Assembly: GCA_963796955.1 (NCBI GenBank) | Contig: CAWCNJ010000004.1 | Coordinates: 192,001 to 256,000, forward strand | DNA from: Endomicrobiales bacterium | GTDB lineage: Bacteria > Elusimicrobiota > Endomicrobiia > Endomicrobiales > JALOBY01 | Reading direction: 5' to 3' | Length of the DNA stretch: 64,000 nt | In this document: positions 58,648 to 64,000 of the stretch, piece by piece | Numbering within the stretch: the first letter of the stretch is position 1 | How the letters are laid out: every line of letters starts with the position of its first letter | Translations under genes and position numbers: made by a program | Notes under the pieces: generated by a model | The model's input: the letters and a program-made list of their open reading frames with translations, nothing else | Told to the model about the DNA's origin: nothing | The model's database searches: none

Positions 58648-59430
58648 ATGAAGACAATTCTGTATTATTTTACCGGCACAGGCAATTCGCTGAAAGTGGC
58701 AAAAGATATCGCGGCAAAGCTTGGCGATACCCGGCTTGCAGCCATCAGAAAGCCTTTTCCCCAGAGCTTCGATGTTTCCGCCGACAGGATCGGTATAGTA
58801 TTCCCAGTCTATATGTGGGGCCTGCCTATAATTGTTAAAGAATTTGCAGTGCACTTAAATGCCTCTCCCGACAAGTATATTTTTGCCGTCGCCACCTACG
58901 GCGGCTTCCCGGCCGGCACATTAAATATGCTGGACGAAGAACTGCGCTCCCATGATATGAAACTTTCCGCCGGTTTTGGTGTGCAGATGCCCGGCAATTA
59001 TACGCCGATGTACGGCGCCATATCTGATGAAAAACAAAAAGCGATGTTCGACAAGGTTGCCGCCAAGGTAGAAGAGATAGTTGAAGTGGTAAAAAGCGGC
59101 AAGCCCTCGAAGATCGAGAACAATTTCTGGCTGGTGAATAAACTATTTACAGGTTTCATCTATAACGGCGGAAGCAAACAGATACCAACCGCCGATAAAA
59201 AATTTATCTTGCAGGACAGCTGCACCAAATGCGGCATCTGCGCCAAGGTCTGTCCGGCGGAGAACATTAAACTTGTTGAGGGCAAACCCACCTGGCTTAA
59301 CCACTGCGAGCATTGCCTTGCTTGCCTGCAATGGTGCCCTGTAGAAGCCATCCAATACGGCGAAAAGACCATAGGCCGTAAACGTTACCACCACCCGTCT
59401 GTATCTGTAGTAGATATTTTCAAGCACTAA
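58648..59430 (+). CDS. EFR1-family flavodoxin/4Fe-4S protein
   Basis: YFTGTGNS, FPVY, MPGNY, CTKCGICAKVCP, CEHCLACLQWCP. Confidence 0.9.
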   Translation: MKTILYYFTGTGNSLKVAKDIAAKLGDTRLAAIRKPFPQSFDVSADRIGIVFPVYMWGLPIIVKEFAVHLNASPDKYIFAVATYGGFPAGTLNMLDEELRSHDMKLSAGFGVQMPGNYTPMYGAISDEKQKAMFDKVAAKVEEIVEVVKSGKPSKIENNFWLVNKLFTGFIYNGGSKQIPTADKKFILQDSCTKCGICAKVCPAENIKLVEGKPTWLNHCEHCLACLQWCPVEAIQYGEKTIGRKRYHHPSVSVVDIFKH

Positions 59431-59454
59431 CAACAACTTGTACCGGAGCCATTA

Positions 59455-59992
59455 ATGAAAGCAAGGAAACTGGCGGAGCCGGAGATACACACCTCGTCGT
59501 TTGTGCACCCAACCGCTGTTATCGCCGGGAACGTGCGTATCGGTAAAAATGTTTTTGTCGGGCCCTTGGCTCGTTATCCGTGCCGATGAAAAAAACAGTT
59601 CCGTATCTATCGGCGACAATTGCAACGTCCAGGACGGCGTTATTATTCACGCGCTGGGCGGCACTGATGTGCGCATAGGCTGCCGATCCTCCCTGTCCCA
59701 CGGCGTGCTTGTGCACGGACCGTGCGCAATAGGCAACAGGTGCTTTATAGGTTTCCGCACAGTCGTTTTCCGTGCCACCGTGGCAGATGGAGTCTATGTA
59801 GGCGCGGCCGCCGTTGTACAAAATGTGACACTGCCTGCCGATCGTAAAGTTAGCGCCCAGTGCCTGGTAAACCGCGAGGGCTTCATCAGCGGCCTGAAAA
59901 AATGCGGCCCGGAAGATATATCGTTCGCTAAACAGGTAGTAAACGCAAACCTGGACCTGGTGCGCCTCTACCGCCAGGGTGAGATAAAGTGA
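59455..59992 (+). CDS. Gamma-class carbonic anhydrase family protein, with one frameshift at ~59571
   Basis: MKARKLAEPEIHTSSFVHPTAVIAGNVRIGKNVFVGPLA, then after a frame change VIRADE..NVQDGVIIH..LSHGVLVHGP. Confidence 0.82.
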
Positions 59993-60225
59993 TCTACCTT
60001 TTTGCCGCAGCAGCCACATTAATACTGGTATTATCCCTTGAATCCCAAAGCCCGTCCCGAAAATATCCCATAGCCATCGGCGTTACGCTCTGGCTTGGCT
60101 CCGTCGTGCTGGGGTTCGTATATTTCCATCTCTTCACCGGCTTTTGGTTCTTCTCTGCCACACTATTAATGGCAGCCGCATGGCGCTGGCTATTGCATGT
60201 GTTGTTTCCAAAGAAAAGTAAATAA
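59989..60225 (+). CDS. Small membrane hypothetical protein
   Basis: GTGA overlap, three hydrophobic segments. Confidence 0.55.
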   Translation: MIYLFAAAATLILVLSLESQSPSRKYPIAIGVTLWLGSVVLGFVYFHLFTGFWFFSATLLMAAAWRWLLHVLFPKKSK

Positions 60226-60236
60226 GGTTTGCGATC

Positions 60237-60626
60237 ATGGAAAAAATAACCCTTAAGACGCAGAAGCATTCACAATTTATTGATATTACCCGCCAGGTGC
60301 AGGGAGCTGTGGACAGGTGTGGGGTTATAGACGGTGTTTGTACGGTGTTCGTGCCGCACACAACGGCCGGCGTTACTATCAACGAGAACGCCGATCCGGA
60401 TGTGGTATCGGATATCCTAGGTTCTCTTGAAAAACTAGTGCCTTGGAAAGCCGGCTATGCCCACGATGAGGGGAACTCCGCGGCGCATATTAAGGCCGGT
60501 TTGCTTGGATTCTCGCAAAATATCATCGTTCATGGCGGAAAACTGCAGCTGGGTACCTGGCAAGGGATATATTTTGCCGAGTTTGACGGTCCCCGTTCCC
60601 GCGAATTTTGGGTAACCATAAAATAA
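60237..60626 (+). CDS. yjbQ: YjbQ (UPF0047) family protein
   Basis: PHTTAGVTINENADPDV, GNSAAHIK, LGTWQGIYFAEFDGPR. Confidence 0.93.
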   Translation: MEKITLKTQKHSQFIDITRQVQGAVDRCGVIDGVCTVFVPHTTAGVTINENADPDVVSDILGSLEKLVPWKAGYAHDEGNSAAHIKAGLLGFSQNIIVHGGKLQLGTWQGIYFAEFDGPRSREFWVTIK

Positions 60627-60752
60627 GCCTTTGCCCGTCGTTGACTGCGTACCTCCCTTTTTGGTAAAATATACCTACGAATTTCAATGTTTTGTGCCCG
60701 CCCTGGCGGACACTTTTTTGCTTTTTATTACTAGCAACGGGAGAAATGCATC

Positions 60753-62540
60753 TTGAAGAGAACTAACTATTGTGGAAGCTTGAGAACTGCCGATATCGGG
60801 AAAAAAGTCGTTGTTTGCGGGTGGGTACACTCTCGTAGAGACCACGGCGGTGTTATATTCATAGACCTTCGCGACCGCGAGGGTGTGGTACAGGTAGTTT
60901 TCAGCCCCGAGCAAAAAGAAATATTCGCCCAGGCCGAAAAGATCCGCAGTGAGTATGTGCTTGCGGTAACCGGTCTGGTGCGGGTACGCCCCGAAGGAAC
61001 AAAGAATCCTCACTTGCCTACCGGTGATATAGAGATAGCCACCGAATCGCTCGAAATAGTAAATGCCTCCGCTCCGCTTCCTTTCGAGATATCGGATTAC
61101 AAAGAGACCAACGAAGATCTTCGCCTGCAGTACCGTTATCTGGATATGCGCCGGCCGGCTATGGCGCATAACTTTATTTTTCGCCATAAAATGCTGCAGG
61201 CCGTGCGAACCTTCCTTTCCAACAGCGGATTCCTTGAAATAGAAACGCCGACGCTTATCAAGACCACTCCGGAAGGCGCGCGCGAATTCCTGGTGCCGTC
61301 GCGCCTGAACCAGGGCCACTTTTTCGCCCTGCCTCAATCGCCGCAGATCTATAAGCAGATCTTGATGGTTGCCGGCATGGACAAATATTTCCAGCTGGCC
61401 CGCTGCTACCGCGACGAAGACCTGCGCGCAGACCGCCAGCCGGAATTCACACAGGTTGATATGGAGTTGTCTTTTGTAGACGAAAATGACGTGATGGGTG
61501 TTATCGAAGGTCTTCTCGCGGCTATATTCAAGGACGCTATGGACATAACGCTTCAAACGCCGTTCCTCCGCATGCCTTACGCCGAGGCTATGCTGCGTTT
61601 CGGCTCGGATAAGCCGGACGTTCGTTTCGCTATGGAGATAACCGACCTTACCGAGGAACTGAAGAATTGCGGTTTCAAGGTGTTCGGCGATGCTGCTAAA
61701 AAAGGCGGCGCTATCCGCGGTCTGTGCGTGAAGGGCGGCGAGCAGTTCTCGCGTTCCAAGATAGATGAAATGACTAAATTCGTTGCCAACTACGGTGCCC
61801 GTGGCCTTGCCTGGATGAAGATAACAGCCCAGGGGCCGGAATCGAACATAGTTAAATTCTTCTCGGCGGAAGAGCTGTCCGCCATGCAAAAGAAAATGGA
61901 CGCCGTTGCCGGTGATATCCTGCTTTTCCTTGCCGATGATGTTTCCGTTGTTGCGCAGGGCCTTGGCGCACTTCGGTTGAACCTGGCTAAAGAACTTAAC
62001 CTGATACCGAAGGATGTCTATAATTTCCTCTGGGTCGTGGATTTCCCGATGTTCGAGTGGGATACGGAAGAAAAACGCTGGAACGCCATGCATCACCCCT
62101 TCACGGCGCCCAAGGTGGAAGACCAAGCCATGCTCGGCGATGACAAAACGATGGGCAATATCCGCGCTCGCGCCTATGATGTGGTGCTGAACGGCGTTGA
62201 ACTGGGCGGCGGCTCTATCCGCATACACACCCAGGCAGTGCAGGAAAAAATATTCCAGGCGCTTAATATTTCAGACGAGGAAGCATGTGAGAAGTTCGGC
62301 TATCTGCTTGAAGCCCTCACCTTTGGCGCACCGCCCCACGGCGGCATTGCCCTCGGTTTTGACCGCCTTTGCGCTCTGCTGCTTGGCGAAGAATCTATCC
62401 GTGAAGTGATAGCCTTCCCCAAGACACAAAAAGGTACGTGCCCGTTATCGCGCGCGCCGGGCCAGGCCAGCGAAAAACAGCTGAGGGAGCTGGGCATAAA
62501 GATGCGCACTCCTGAGAAACCGGTCATCGGGCAGGCATAA
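60753..62540 (+). CDS. aspS: Aspartate-tRNA ligase
   Basis: GWV..RDHGG..FIDLRD, ALPQSPQ..KQ, RDEDLRADRQPEFTQ, GAPPHGGIALGFDR; TTG start. Confidence 0.97.
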   Translation: MKRTNYCGSLRTADIGKKVVVCGWVHSRRDHGGVIFIDLRDREGVVQVVFSPEQKEIFAQAEKIRSEYVLAVTGLVRVRPEGTKNPHLPTGDIEIATESLEIVNASAPLPFEISDYKETNEDLRLQYRYLDMRRPAMAHNFIFRHKMLQAVRTFLSNSGFLEIETPTLIKTTPEGAREFLVPSRLNQGHFFALPQSPQIYKQILMVAGMDKYFQLARCYRDEDLRADRQPEFTQVDMELSFVDENDVMGVIEGLLAAIFKDAMDITLQTPFLRMPYAEAMLRFGSDKPDVRFAMEITDLTEELKNCGFKVFGDAAKKGGAIRGLCVKGGEQFSRSKIDEMTKFVANYGARGLAWMKITAQGPESNIVKFFSAEELSAMQKKMDAVAGDILLFLADDVSVVAQGLGALRLNLAKELNLIPKDVYNFLWVVDFPMFEWDTEEKRWNAMHHPFTAPKVEDQAMLGDDKTMGNIRARAYDVVLNGVELGGGSIRIHTQAVQEKIFQALNISDEEACEKFGYLLEALTFGAPPHGGIALGFDRLCALLLGEESIREVIAFPKTQKGTCPLSRAPGQASEKQLRELGIKMRTPEKPVIGQA

Positions 62541-62560
62541 GAGGTTTGTAAAAAAGAACT

Positions 62561-63579
62561 ATGGTAACAAAACGCATCTACCTTAAAAGTTCCGATGAAA
62601 GTGCTTCGCATCCTGGGTGAGCAGGACGCGAATATGCGCTTATTGGAAAACAAATATGGTGTGCAGATATTCGTTAAACAGGGCGGCGCGCAGGGTGATT
62701 TCTCTCTGGTCGTGCGCGGGGCCGGCATTAAGGTGGATCGCGCCGTAGGGGAGATAGAAGGCTTGCGCTCTGCACCGACGGCTCGGGTCGAGCAGGTAAA
62801 GCCTGTGCCGGCCGCCGTGCAAGCAGGGCGTTCCCTGGAACCCGCGTTCTTTGCTGTTCCCTCCAACGGCCCAATGAGCCCGGATACGATCTATGTTACC
62901 GTCCAGGGAAAGCGCATCGTGCCCAGGTCAGCTCATCAAAAGAATTATGTAGAAAGCATACTTAAACACGATATGGTGATGGCTATCGGCCCGGCCGGAA
63001 CGGGAAAAACCTTTCTCGCCGTCGCCTGCGCTCTTCGCGCCCTGCAAAACGGTAAAGGTTAACCGCATCGTTCTGACCCGTCCCGTCGTCGAAGCGGGTG
63101 AACGTCTGGGTTTTTTACCGGGCGATCTCTATGAAAAGATCAATCCGTACCTGAAACCGCTTTATGACGCCTTTTACAGCATGATAGGCCCTGAACGCTT
63201 TCGTTTTTTCCGTGAGGAAGAAACGATAGAGATCGTGCCGCTTGCGTATATGCGCGGACGTACCATTGATAACGCCTTTATTATCCTTGATGAGGCGCAA
63301 AACACTACGCCTGAACAGATAAAAATGTTCCTGACCCGCATGGGCTCTAACAGTAAAATGATAATTACCGGCGACCCGACGCAGACGGACTTGCTGGATA
63401 GAAAGCAATCGGGCCTGGTGGTCGCTGAAAAGATCCTGAACGAGATAGAGGGTATAGATTTTGTGCGTTTCGGTGAAGAGGATGTCGTCCGGCACGCGCT
63501 GGTTAGAAAGATCATTAACGCCTATGACGCCGCCGATAAAAAGTCGGCCAATGGAAAGACGCCCGGAGCTTCAAGATGA
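62561..63579 (+). CDS. phoH: PhoH-family ATPase, with frameshifts at ~62598 and ~63055
   Basis: [11 protein letters not shown]; after removing one [54 protein letters not shown]. Confidence 0.9.
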
Positions 63580-64000
63580 TAGCCGCCTTGCGCAGTTTTG
63601 TTCGCAGCATACTTCACTTTCTTCTCAGGTTGACTGAAGAGCATCATGTATCCGCCCAGACTGCCCGCGGAGCCGCAAATATTTTAAAACATGAGATAAA
63701 CCTGCCGCCGATCCTCACGGCAATGGCTAGTGTCGGGGTTTTTTTCATGGTGTTGTTGTTCGAGGTCGGCCTTTCCTGGACGAAGATCGTGGCCCTTATC
63801 CTTTTCCTGTCCATAATATATTTTTCACTGCTCGCCTACCTTAAATTCCAGCAGCCGGAGATCATCGAAGACAGTGAATCGGTCATGCTATTGGGTTTTC
63901 TTTTCACCAGCGCGGTGCTCTTTATGCAGTTGCTAAAAGACTGGCACGCGCCGTTAGCGACGCCGATAGCCGCATTCCCCATGCTCGTGGGGCTGTTGCT
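63576..64000 (+). CDS. 5' part of a 7TM-HD (PgpH-like) membrane phosphohydrolase (3'-partial)
   Basis: ATGA overlap with phoH; open hydrophobic frame to the window end (..[12 protein letters not shown]); phoH-7TM-HD gene order is common. Confidence 0.55.
   Translation, partial: MIAALRSFVRSILHFLLRLTEEHHVSAQTARGAANILKHEINLPPILTAMASVGVFFMVLLFEVGLSWTKIVALILFLSIIYFSLLAYLKFQQPEIIEDSESVMLLGFLFTSAVLFMQLLKDWHAPLATPIAAFPMLVGLL

Noticed and set aside
60684..62228. 514-aa antisense ORF opposite aspS (and similar long shadows at 53487-54356, 13821-14630, 26622-27332, 420-1148)
   Set aside because: They lie fully opposite well-supported genes, have no motifs or RBS, and are expected from codon bias in GC-rich genes.
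1..64000. tRNA, rRNA, transposase, integrase or prophage genes
   Set aside because: No recognisable signatures were found by eye in any intergenic gap or ORF.

Overview
Bacterial chromosomal window of about 55 genes, mostly housekeeping, from a probably anaerobic diderm. PorV-like and CTD-type proteins, a Bat operon, NfnAB and TrpB2 suggest an Elusimicrobiota-like lineage; this is inference only. In order: a CTD-bearing gene end, PorV-LysM and a coiled-coil/beta-propeller gene; nadD-yqeK-LCP-(cNMP/GAF)-rsfS; a wHTH + nucleotidyltransferase TA-like pair; lepB; a moxR-DUF58-batA-E operon; proA, aconitase, CIRCE-controlled clpB, cysE and a KimA-like permease; a TolC-HlyD-ABC exporter; a signalling island (35.8-42.9 kb); rlmD, nfnAB, trpB2 and an HNH gene; feoB-dtxR; an amidase; higBA; a leader-peptide/terminator region ahead of a DrrAB-type ABC exporter; aspS-phoH-7TM-HD. 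The best candidate for an undescribed system is the signalling island. There a PilZ domain is fused to a class I HMG-CoA-reductase-like enzyme with altered substrate-binding residues, and this gene overlaps a multi-TM/GAF histidine kinase followed by REC-kinase, REC and PilZ genes. That layout suggests a signal-synthase/receptor module. Other points of note are an in-frame palindromic heptamer insertion in nfnB, several apparently leaderless genes and several structured intergenic elements. Six genes carry small indel frameshifts that look like sequencing errors. No rRNA, tRNA, CRISPR array or transposase was seen.
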